Part shown: piece by piece, positions 18,841 to 27,414 of the stretch
Numbering within the stretch: the first letter of the stretch is position 1
Layout of the letters: each line of letters opens with the position of its first letter
Assembly: GCA_018335585.1 (NCBI GenBank)
Contig: JAGXRZ010000046.1
Span: 11,832-75,831, forward strand
DNA length: 64,000 bases
DNA from: Selenomonadales bacterium
Lineage (GTDB): Bacteria > Bacillota > UBA994
Direction: 5' to 3'
Program-made: the position numbers and the translations under genes
Notes under the pieces: generated by a model
Told to the model about the DNA's origin: nothing
The model's database searches: none
The model's input: the letters and a program-made list of their open reading frames with translations, nothing else

Positions 18841-19020
18841 ATGAAGCGGCGCGATCTCATTAGGATACTAACCGCCAACGGTTGGTGGAAGGCTAGAGAG
18901 GGCTCGGATCACACGATATATACCAATGGCAAACGGTCTGAACCTATACCGCGACACCTCGAAATTAATGAAATTACGGCGGCGAAGATCCTTAGACGCG
19001 CTGGGCTGAAGCCTAAATAG
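18841..19020 (+). CDS. hicA: HicA mRNA-interferase toxin
   Basis: MKRRDLIRILTANGWWKAREGSDHTIYTNGKRSEPIPRHLEINEITAAKILRRAGLKPK (59 aa, below the ORF-track cutoff). RBS GGTGAGGAG. YcfA/HicA fold signature. Confidence 0.75.
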   Translation: MKRRDLIRILTANGWWKAREGSDHTIYTNGKRSEPIPRHLEINEITAAKILRRAGLKPK

Positions 19021-19036
19021 AAAGGGGAGACTCACG

Positions 19037-19447
19037 GTGCAGCAAGTTTATCCTATCGTCTTAACCCCCACACAAAAAGGCGGCTATGCGGTATCTGTTC
19101 CTGACTTGAACATTGATACCCAAGGTGATAATTTAGCCGAAGCTATGTACATGGCTCGTGATGCTATCGGCATGTGGATCTGCTATGAACAAGATGCAGG
19201 TCGGTCTATCCCCAGTCCCAGCTGTTTGGACAGCATTACTGCAGAGCCAAATGAAATTAAGACACTGATCGATGTTGACACTGACGAATACCGTCGCACC
19301 CATGACAACCGAACCGTCCGCAAGAATTGCACCCTGCCTAGTTGGCTCAATGAACGTGCCGAAAAGGCTGGCGTAAACTTTTCGCTAGTTCTCCAAGAGG
19401 CATTGAAGGATCGCCTTGGTCTAAACGACAGTCCGCGAGTTGGCTAA
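19037..19447 (+). CDS. hicB: HicB antitoxin
   Basis: YPIVLTPTQKGGYAVSVPDLNIDTQGDNLAEAMYMARDAI is the HicB N-domain, with an RHH-like C-terminus. It lies 17 nt after hicA. Confidence 0.75.
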   Translation: MQQVYPIVLTPTQKGGYAVSVPDLNIDTQGDNLAEAMYMARDAIGMWICYEQDAGRSIPSPSCLDSITAEPNEIKTLIDVDTDEYRRTHDNRTVRKNCTLPSWLNERAEKAGVNFSLVLQEALKDRLGLNDSPRVG

Positions 19448-19495
19448 CGAGCTGCAAATGTGTTTTGAGGTGTTTCAGCTCCCGCATAATCGCGC

Positions 19496-20275
19496 CTACC
19501 GAAGTGCTCGCGCGAAGATGGCCATACTGATTATGGAGACCAGTGCTGTCACAGCAAGGCTTACGACCAAGGGCATGAGGATAGCCGAGAGCGTGAAAGG
19601 ATCTTGGAGAAAGATAGTTCGCAGAAGGCCTGCCGCAGCATTGACGGGGTTCACGGACGCAATCACTCGGATCCAGAATGGAGCCGCTGCGAGTGGGTAG
19701 AACACGGATGAGGTGAACACAATGGGAAGAATGACCAAATTGCTTATAACATTAAAAGTCTCCTGGCTCACAATTAATGTACACAATGCGGAAAATGTCA
19801 TGCTGATGAGTACGGTAAAGACGATGATCACTGCAAGTCCCAAGCAGACTCGGTACGGCGTGATCAATATCGAGAGCCCCATGACATGAGCAATAGCCAA
19901 GATTGTTCCACTGTATACGATCGTCTGAAAGCACATGGAGACAGCGTTGGCGACCAGTATTAACCCGCGAGGGATAGGCAAGCCAAACAGACTTTCCAGT
20001 TCCCCTGTCACTTTGTCGACGTAGATTGGTGTTCCCGCATGGACACCGCGCTGCCATGCTGCCATCGCTAGTATTCCCGGGAGCACGAAAGACAGGTAGT
20101 CCCAGTGCCGCCCAGCATATTGCACGGACGGTATGATCGTAGTCATGATTTGCCCGAAGATGAGTAGATACAGCGTCGGTTCGAGTATTGGCAGCATCAG
20201 GTTCTGCGGGGAACTAAGCATCAGACGCCATTGCCGATAAGCTAGCCCGATCATCGCCTTACTCACCACTGACAT
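19496..20275 (-). CDS. ABC-2 type transporter permease
   Basis: 259 aa, six TM helices. Start overlaps the ATPase gene stop. Confidence 0.6.
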   Translation of the reverse strand: MSVVSKAMIGLAYRQWRLMLSSPQNLMLPILEPTLYLLIFGQIMTTIIPSVQYAGRHWDYLSFVLPGILAMAAWQRGVHAGTPIYVDKVTGELESLFGLPIPRGLILVANAVSMCFQTIVYSGTILAIAHVMGLSILITPYRVCLGLAVIIVFTVLISMTFSALCTLIVSQETFNVISNLVILPIVFTSSVFYPLAAAPFWIRVIASVNPVNAAAGLLRTIFLQDPFTLSAILMPLVVSLAVTALVSIISMAIFARALR

Positions 20276-21224
20276 TGCCGCCGCGCCTCCTATCCTGCGC
20301 TTTAACTAGTGTCAAATAGACGTCCTCAAACCGCGGAGGTACCACGCGCATGGAACAGACCTGAACCCCATAATCTAGCAGCCTAAACAGCGCCCTTGGA
20401 ATCGCTTCTTTTCCGTGCGCAAACGCTACGGACAGCGTGTGTCCATTGAGAGTCACTCTTTTCGCAGTCGGCCCAAAGTCAGGAACGCGTTCCAACTCTG
20501 CGGTGAGTTTAAACTCTACTTCCGTCGTCCCTAAGCTTTCGACTAGTTCTTGGACGCTCCCCGAGGTGATTACTTTTCCTTGGTCAATTAAAATCACGTC
20601 GTCACACAGTGCCTCAACCTCATCCATCGAATGAGTCGTCAGAAAGGTAGTTGCCCCTGCATGGCGCACCAATGCTGAGAGCTGCTTCCAAAAAGTTTGC
20701 TTGGCCCCTGGATCAAGACCAATGCTTGGTTCATCGAGAAAGTAGCACTGGGCCGAACATGCCAGTGCCCTAGCAACCATAGTGCGCCTGCGAAGTCCTC
20801 CCGAGAGTTCCTCGCTTCTTTTGGCAGTGTGCTGGCCAAGTTCGAAGGCATCGATTGCCCACTGTGTCCTCCTCTGTGCCTCAGTCCACGTGAGGCCGCG
20901 CAGGAGGAGGTAGGTAAGTATGTTATCCCGTAGGGAAAGATAGTGGTTTAGCCAGGTGCTTTGCGAGACAATCGCAATCGCCTTTCTGACAGAGAGGCTT
21001 TCGCGCAAGATATCCCGACCGCACACCGTGGCCGTTCCAGCGTCCGGCTTGATAACAGTTGTTAGCATTCGTAGCGTGGTGGTCTTTCCCGCGCCGTTAG
21101 GGCCAAGGAGCGCTACCACTCGCCCCTTGGGGACAGAGAAGGACACTCCCTCTACTGCGAGTGTATTCCGGAACGCCTTCGCCAGTCCGCCACAGCTAAT
21201 TGCGTCCATGCTCTTCCTCCTCAT
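20259..21224 (-). CDS. ABC transporter ATP-binding protein (DrrA-like)
   Basis: GPNGAGKTT Walker A; LSGGLRRR signature; ILDEPSIGLD Walker B. Confidence 0.8.
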   Translation of the reverse strand: MRRKSMDAISCGGLAKAFRNTLAVEGVSFSVPKGRVVALLGPNGAGKTTTLRMLTTVIKPDAGTATVCGRDILRESLSVRKAIAIVSQSTWLNHYLSLRDNILTYLLLRGLTWTEAQRRTQWAIDAFELGQHTAKRSEELSGGLRRRTMVARALACSAQCYFLDEPSIGLDPGAKQTFWKQLSALVRHAGATTFLTTHSMDEVEALCDDVILIDQGKVITSGSVQELVESLGTTEVEFKLTAELERVPDFGPTAKRVTLNGHTLSVAFAHGKEAIPRALFRLLDYGVQVCSMRVVPPRFEDVYLTLVKAQDRRRGGNVSGE

Positions 21225-21235
21225 GCAACCTAGAT

Positions 21236-22900
21236 TCCCGCCAACTCATAACGAGGTCGGCGGTTCTACACCAAGAGCAACAAATAGCTCCTTCTGCTTC
21301 TCAAGGATTTCTCCAACCCTTAGGGCTTGGCCCGGCGCGGCAAAGCACTCTATTACGTCGAGCTTGTCCAAAGCGCTTTGAAGGGTATAGTGTCGGAACA
21401 ATCCAGTGTCCTGCATGCGCTTTTTGATGTAGGAGAGGTAGATTAAAGCCACGAACTCGACAAAGAGCTTACCTTCAAGGCTTTGTTCTGAAGAGACAAG
21501 GGTGCGCCTTAGATTGAGTCTCTCTTTGAGATTGCCAAAAGCCTTCTCTACTAAGTCCTTGTTGCGATAAAGCTTAAGCGCAGTGAGCGCATCCATGGTT
21601 TCGTTGGTGATTAGCACGAAATAGCCGAAGTAGCGCTTGGCCTTGCGGGCAGCTTCGTCCTTGACGACAACTTTTGTGCCGCGCTTTGGCGTCGTATGCA
21701 CATCGAAGTATTTCTTGTACTGGCCCTCATGCTCGGGAATGCGTTTCTCAGACTCTAGTTCGTGACGTAATTCCATCAGCTTTCGGTCAAAGGCCTTTTC
21801 CTGCTCCGCTGCTTTGTCGATGTTGTAGTAGTAATGTAGGTAGACACGGCGGGATTCCGTTATGGTGTCCCCTTTATACGGCCGTTTCAGGGTGTATTGC
21901 CACGTGGTCTGAACAGTCCGGCAGTAGAGCTGGTATGTATCGTTGTAAGCTTCAAAGCTGCGGAAGTCTGTGTAAATGTCTTCTAGTTTTTCGCGGATCC
22001 AAGCCAAGCTCATCTTGCCGGCAATAAGAAACTTGAGATGCTCTTTGAACAGGGCATTAAGGTTGTCTTCGCTGTAGAAACCCCGATCCATCACCAGCTT
22101 CGCTTTGGTAAATCCGAGCGTATCTAGGTCGGCTAAGAGATGTTTGACCGTTTTCACGTCTGGGATATTGCCAGCTAGCTTCCGGTAATAAAACGGGAGA
22201 TTAGACGTCTCACCGAAAACTAGCGCCAGATTGAACTGGGGGAGATGGTCGCCTTCCTTGTTGTTGCCGTATTGAACGTGGCGTAAGGCTCCCGAATAGC
22301 TAGAAAACGAGGTGATATCGTAAGCCCAGTACTCCTTCTCGCTGCGGCGCTTGCCTTGAAGCCGGAAGAACTGCTGTTTTACTTCCTCGGTAATTGAGGC
22401 AAACAGATCGCTGCTTCTCTGCGAAGTAATTGTCTTGCCGTAGGGATGCCTGTGCAACAGCCCCCACTTTTCAAACCGATACAGAGGATTGTGATCCTCT
22501 AAGACTAGGTAGTAGACGATGGACAGAACCTGCCGATAGGTGCGGGGGAAGCATAGTTTTAAGTCATCGGTTATGCCCAGCTTTTCGCCAACGGCGTCTA
22601 AGAGGTAAGTAGCGCCGTAGAAGGTTCGCGTGGTCTTTTCGCTTGGCACGGGTCCTCGCCTCGCAGGAGACGCGGGTTGTTCCTTTTTTCCTCGTCCGTC
22701 TGTCGGCACAACCTCCCCGGTTTCTGCATTTAACCTGCCAAGCAATCTACGTTTAGAACGGGACTGCTGTTTCTCCTTGTCCCAGTAAGAGACGGACTCG
22801 TAGACGTAGGTGATCCCCGAGCGCGCGTCTTTCTGACGAATGATTGCCACCATGCCCGCACCCCCTCGTTATGTGTATTGTAACACATAACGAGGACACA
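21236..22900 (-). mobile_element. IS1634-family (IS4 superfamily) insertion sequence; ends approximate
   Basis: The transposase ORF is flanked by CATAACGAGG (about 21243-21252) and its inverted copy CCTCGTTATG (about 22866-22875). An additional 13-bp hairpin CCTCGTTATGTGT/ACACATAACGAGG sits at the right end. Confidence 0.65.
21246..22853 (-). CDS. IS1634-family DDE transposase
   Basis: 535 aa. ...YDITSFSSYSGALRHVQYGNNKEGDHLPQFNLALVF...KLVMDRGFYSEDNLNALFKEHLKFLIAGK is typical of IS1634/IS4 DDE transposases. Confidence 0.8.
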   Translation of the reverse strand: MVAIIRQKDARSGITYVYESVSYWDKEKQQSRSKRRLLGRLNAETGEVVPTDGRGKKEQPASPARRGPVPSEKTTRTFYGATYLLDAVGEKLGITDDLKLCFPRTYRQVLSIVYYLVLEDHNPLYRFEKWGLLHRHPYGKTITSQRSSDLFASITEEVKQQFFRLQGKRRSEKEYWAYDITSFSSYSGALRHVQYGNNKEGDHLPQFNLALVFGETSNLPFYYRKLAGNIPDVKTVKHLLADLDTLGFTKAKLVMDRGFYSEDNLNALFKEHLKFLIAGKMSLAWIREKLEDIYTDFRSFEAYNDTYQLYCRTVQTTWQYTLKRPYKGDTITESRRVYLHYYYNIDKAAEQEKAFDRKLMELRHELESEKRIPEHEGQYKKYFDVHTTPKRGTKVVVKDEAARKAKRYFGYFVLITNETMDALTALKLYRNKDLVEKAFGNLKERLNLRRTLVSSEQSLEGKLFVEFVALIYLSYIKKRMQDTGLFRHYTLQSALDKLDVIECFAAPGQALRVGEILEKQKELFVALGVEPPTSL

Positions 22901-22974
22901 TACAAGCATGAGAAGCTCAATACGCAGGCATTCTGACGACTTTCAGGCTTCCCTATAAACCGCTCGTTAGGTGT

Positions 22975-23151
22975 CGGCGGGAATGCAGGATGCAAGTGCG
23001 CCAACTCGTGCGCGACAGTCCCCGCGAAGGTTGCTGTGTCGGTTGGATCCAAATGACCGCACCAGACTTCAACGCTATAGTCCCTTAAGAAGGCTTGTCC
23101 TCCAACTCGGGCTCCCGGCCCTTGAACAGGGTACACATTCGCTGTCAGCAT
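22975..23151 (-). pseudogene. Possible gene fragment containing an HExxH-like motif (HELAHLH)
   Basis: ...ATFAGTVAHELAHLHPAFPP... on the minus strand next to the IS. No convincing start or full domain. Confidence 0.2.
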
Positions 23152-23485
23152 AGGTTCTTGAGCAGCAATGAAAGCCTTTTGCAGTAGTTCTCTAGGACGC
23201 GAATCTCATTCAATCGCGCATACCTCCTCTTTAACATCATTACACAGTTCATAACAGTCAACAAGCGTTCTAGCGCTCATGTCGTTTTAGGGAAGCCTAC
23301 CTTGCCTCCGAGGCTGTGACGCGCCAGTCAGCTTTATAGACGCTGGCAGCAAGGCCTATGACTCCAAAGAGTGTAATGATAGCGACGCTAGACCAATACG
23401 GCAGGCGTTCCATTCGACCTGTGCTGACTACTAGGGACATAGAACATTTAAGGCAGAACTACTGAAAGAGGAGGAAGATACTGTA

Positions 23486-24442
23486 ATGACAAAACGGAGA
23501 AGAACGATTCTCGTTGTCGCGACCGTGCTCTTGCTGAGCGTAGTAGTCTACTCTGCGGTAACAGTGTTTTTCCCCACGCGCAGGTTGGCCCTGACGGCGT
23601 TCCACGGCCCACGGGGAAATGCAGTATTCGGTTTGCCACTTGTGGAGCCAACTTTTGAGAACCACGTGATTTGGTTATCCTCGAATATTATCATCGGCAC
23701 TATTTTACCGACACCGCCGGAAAGAGCCAGCGTTGGTTTCTACGACGTGAGGGTAGAAGAGAAAATACTTTCTCGCACTGAGGGGAACACAATTAAGGTG
23801 TCTGCGGGGAACCATCTGTTCGAAGTGGGCGAAACTTATCTAATGTTACTTTCGAGATTCGCTGTCACCGAGTACCCCTTTGATTTTTACGTAGCCGACC
23901 TTGAGTTTACATTTCGGGTAGACGCCCCGAAGGATCAAGTTCAGCGCCTTGTTAGGGTCTCCGAGAATCCGGAGGAGCGTGTGTTTATTGCCCCATTTCA
24001 GGAACCGCAATACAACTCGCTTGCGCGGCTGCGAGAGTACATTCGCAGTCTTGCCCCGGCCAATCACGTCCGCTCCTTCAGGTTCCAGAGGAACAGAGAT
24101 GCCCGCGTGATAGAAGAAGCTCCGAGTCAGGCAGCTCTCATCAGCATGGCCGATCACATTTTGTTGATTGAGATTACCTCAGCAAGACTGAACAGGAATC
24201 AGATGATAGCGGAGGTCAAATTTAAAACTCTCAATGAGTTTAAGGGCCAAGAGAAATATGACAAGACCGGATTGCTTCTGCCTGCCGGTGTGGAGATCAA
24301 CCAGCGCTACCTTGTTTTCTTGATCGAATCAGGAGAGGAAGCTGGCCATCTAACCTTGGCCACACGAAGAGGAAGTGTCGTGGCCGAAACTGATCCAGAG
24401 TTTAGCGCCCTGCTCGAAGAACTCACAGCATCAAGGCGTTAG
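23486..24442 (+). CDS. Hypothetical membrane-anchored protein (318 aa)
   Basis: Strong RBS AGAGGAGGAAG. One N-terminal TM helix (ILVVATVLLLSVVVYSAV), then a ~280-aa domain with no recognisable motif. Local GC is lower than in flanking genes. Confidence 0.4.
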   Translation: MTKRRRTILVVATVLLLSVVVYSAVTVFFPTRRLALTAFHGPRGNAVFGLPLVEPTFENHVIWLSSNIIIGTILPTPPERASVGFYDVRVEEKILSRTEGNTIKVSAGNHLFEVGETYLMLLSRFAVTEYPFDFYVADLEFTFRVDAPKDQVQRLVRVSENPEERVFIAPFQEPQYNSLARLREYIRSLAPANHVRSFRFQRNRDARVIEEAPSQAALISMADHILLIEITSARLNRNQMIAEVKFKTLNEFKGQEKYDKTGLLLPAGVEINQRYLVFLIESGEEAGHLTLATRRGSVVAETDPEFSALLEELTASRR

Positions 24443-24528
24443 TCCAAGGCGCAGTTCGTCTAAGGAGCCTAGGAGCATTGCTATTGCTGTGCCTTATCCT
24501 TCGTCTTGCGGCTCCCTCCTCGTTCGTG

Positions 24529-26166
24529 TTATCGTGGCAGCTCTTGCATTGACTTTACCTGTGACCAACTGCCGGAGGCACAAAGTTTTCCGTCGACGAT
24601 CAGCAGTACCTCGTCGAAGCTGTCTAGGTGGTCGGTCAAGTCATGAGTGACTTTAATGATGGTCTTATCGGTTAGGTTGCTTAGGTAGAGCTTCATTAAC
24701 TGAGCTACCTGCGAGTCCATGGCGGAAAGGGGTTCATCTAGCAGCAGTATGTCTTTGTCCGCGAGCATCATTCTAAACAGCCCGATAATCTGTTTTTCGC
24801 CGCCGCTCAGTAATCTGCAGTTTTCCTGCTTACTGATAGAGCTCAGTTTGGCGTCACCTATTAGACGAGAGAACACGGGCAGTGCTTTTTCATAAGGAAC
24901 GGTGTTAAACACGGTTATGTTTGAGAGGAAGTCCGACAGGAAAATGTGCTCGTGCTGATCTACGCACCACATTATAGGAGTGGCGTCTATGGCCTGCAGG
25001 TCTTTCCCGTCAATGTAAATCTTGCCGGCGTCTAAGTCTACATATTTCATCAAGGCACGCACTATGGTGGATTTGCCCGAACCGTTAGGCCCGATGATGG
25101 CGTACTTTTTACCTTTAAGGAACGTAAAACTAAAGTTTTCTAGGCTGAAGTCCTGGTACCGCACGGTTACACCCTGAAATACAATTGCTTTGTTAAACGC
25201 GGTAGCGACGGGCATATCGCTTTCAGGGTGCCAATCAAGCATGGCCAGCACCTTCTCTTTAATGCCTCTTGTCCCCCTAATTGTTGCCATGTCCGTGATG
25301 ATTGACTGGATCGGCGCGATGAAGCTCTCGATGAAGCCTAACGTAGCTGCGGCGGTTCCTAGCGTGATTTGCCCAATCAATAGAAACCACCCTACTAACG
25401 AGAAGGACACAATATTTAACAGGTACAAGAAGAATCCTCGCACTACGCCAAGCAGGCTCTTGATTTTCCCATACTGGTATCGTCGCTCGGCAGTTTTACC
25501 TAGAACTAGCTCGTGTTCGTGGAAGATACTACTCCTAGTGTCAGGCCTGATTAGCTTAAAGCCTTCCAACAAGTCCTTCATCTTGGCCATGTACTCGCCC
25601 CGGGTATCCAGATAGACTTTGTGGCGATGCGAAATCGTCTTGGCACCAATTGTAGGGACTAAAATGGCTGAGAAAAAGGACAATGCGATAATGACGATGC
25701 CAATTCTTAGGTCCACCAGGAGAAGCAATACTGCGCCAAACACCACAATGGAGTTGGCCATCTTAAAGATGTTTAGCAGAGGGTTCAGATAGTCCATTTC
25801 TAGTTGCGTTATCTCACTTGCCTGAATCGAGATGTACTCCCCTACATCTTTGGAGACAAACTTCTGGTACCTGTATCTGGCTATGGACTTGAAGAAGTCG
25901 CGCTTCATTGCTACTTCAAAGGCCACGCCGCCTTTCCAGCTGACAAGCATGTGCAGATACGTGGCCACCAAAGATACCAAGACACACAGGGCATACAGAG
26001 CAGCGAGCGTAACTAATAGCCGCAGACTCAGCTGATCAGCGGAATCAAACAACAGCTTGACGAGGTACGGCATAAAGGCCAGTGCGGCGCTAGAGATCAA
26101 GTCGAGCGCAATCTCTAACGCAATGTATTTTCTTATAGCTAAAAGGTACTTCTTCATTTTCCACAC
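24529..26166 (-). CDS. ABC exporter, fused permease/ATPase
   Basis: Six N-terminal TM helices, then GPNGSGKST, LSGGEKQ, LLLDEP. Roughly 45% GC versus about 60% in the flanks. Confidence 0.7.
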   Translation of the reverse strand: MWKMKKYLLAIRKYIALEIALDLISSAALAFMPYLVKLLFDSADQLSLRLLVTLAALYALCVLVSLVATYLHMLVSWKGGVAFEVAMKRDFFKSIARYRYQKFVSKDVGEYISIQASEITQLEMDYLNPLLNIFKMANSIVVFGAVLLLLVDLRIGIVIIALSFFSAILVPTIGAKTISHRHKVYLDTRGEYMAKMKDLLEGFKLIRPDTRSSIFHEHELVLGKTAERRYQYGKIKSLLGVVRGFFLYLLNIVSFSLVGWFLLIGQITLGTAAATLGFIESFIAPIQSIITDMATIRGTRGIKEKVLAMLDWHPESDMPVATAFNKAIVFQGVTVRYQDFSLENFSFTFLKGKKYAIIGPNGSGKSTIVRALMKYVDLDAGKIYIDGKDLQAIDATPIMWCVDQHEHIFLSDFLSNITVFNTVPYEKALPVFSRLIGDAKLSSISKQENCRLLSGGEKQIIGLFRMMLADKDILLLDEPLSAMDSQVAQLMKLYLSNLTDKTIIKVTHDLTDHLDSFDEVLLIVDGKLCASGSWSQVKSMQELPR

Positions 26167-26208
26167 TCACAAACTCATTCTACCCAGATTATAGCTCTGT
26201 TGGCAACA

Positions 26209-27321
26209 CTATCGCGTGACCTCACGCACTAAGAGGGCAGAGACGGCGGCAGCCGCCAATAGCCCTGCGCTTGCCAAAAAGGCGACCCTGATCCCGAGCG
26301 GAACCGTAATTACCCCTACAGCAAGAATGCTTAAGGGAGTGGCCAGTCGTGACAAAGCCGCATCTAACGCAAAGGCTTGGGCAGAAGAGCCGGGATCCGC
26401 ATGTTGCTGGATAATCGTCTCTGAAGCCATCGATGCTAACGCGTCATTCCCGCCGGAAAGAAAGAGGACAGCAGATGCCACCGAGGTGGAAATGACAAAT
26501 GTGCCCAAGAACAAGAAGGCTACTGCGTCCAGCATTAGCGCTAGGCCATACCCCAAAAAGGGCTTGATGCGACTCACGGGCAAAAGTAGCAAGGGGAGGC
26601 TCATGAGACCGCCTGTTCCGAGGGCGGAGAGCAGTGCCCCGTATGCCGCCTCACCCCCGAGAAGTACGTCATTGGCATACACAACCAAATGATGCAATAC
26701 CCCATATCCCAGACCGGACAGAAGTGCGGTGGTGAAATACCGACGTAGCTGTGGCTGGCGCAACGTCACGGCAATGCTTTCTCGCAGCGATATCCGCTTG
26801 GGGCTACTGCCCGCAGTGGTCACGCCATACTCTACTGCTCTCCCGAACACCGCTATGTACACCATAGTTCCCGCGCTAACTAGGAAGGTCAATCCATTAA
26901 CTAGCATGGAGGATTGAACCCCTATCGTCCTTAGAGTCATGGCCGCAACGAAGGGGCCAAGTGCCGTCAGACTATGGCCGAGAGCGGTTCTAAGGACATT
27001 TACTTCTATAAGTCGGTCACTTTCCACTAGCGTCGGGATGGCGCTGCGGTATGCAACGTTATATATGGCACTGACGCCAGAGAGAAAAACTGCGGCCACA
27101 AAGAGGATGGCCGCATTAGGCCTAAGGCTGACTGCGAACATACACAGTGCAGAGATTAAATCTAGGCAACCCATCAGCGCCCATCTGTTTGCCCGCTGAA
27201 TGTATGGAGCCACTGCCGGGCCAATGAACACGGTTGGAACCAGACGGGCGACGGCGAGCAACCCGATTAGCACCGCAGACTGTGATTCTGCATACACTGT
27301 TTGCCCGGCTGCAATCAGCAA
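26209..27321 (-). CDS. MFS transporter
   Basis: 370 aa, 10-12 TM helices, MFS-like loop motifs. TTG start as listed; the true start is uncertain. Confidence 0.55.
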   Translation of the reverse strand: MLIAAGQTVYAESQSAVLIGLLAVARLVPTVFIGPAVAPYIQRANRWALMGCLDLISALCMFAVSLRPNAAILFVAAVFLSGVSAIYNVAYRSAIPTLVESDRLIEVNVLRTALGHSLTALGPFVAAMTLRTIGVQSSMLVNGLTFLVSAGTMVYIAVFGRAVEYGVTTAGSSPKRISLRESIAVTLRQPQLRRYFTTALLSGLGYGVLHHLVVYANDVLLGGEAAYGALLSALGTGGLMSLPLLLLPVSRIKPFLGYGLALMLDAVAFLFLGTFVISTSVASAVLFLSGGNDALASMASETIIQQHADPGSSAQAFALDAALSRLATPLSILAVGVITVPLGIRVAFLASAGLLAAAAVSALLVREVTR

Positions 27322-27414
27322 TATCCACGAACCAAACAGTGCTATGGAATGCCCAATTATTGGGATTGTTACTCGATACAGGCTGACTCCCCCTTTGCAG
27401 CAAACTTTCCCGGC

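Noticed and set aside
23290-23440. 47-aa minus-strand single-TM micro-ORF (MSLVVSTGRMERLPYWSSVAIITLFGVIGLAASVYKADWRV...)
   Set aside because: No RBS and it lies within the IS-flank debris. Cannot be supported from sequence alone.
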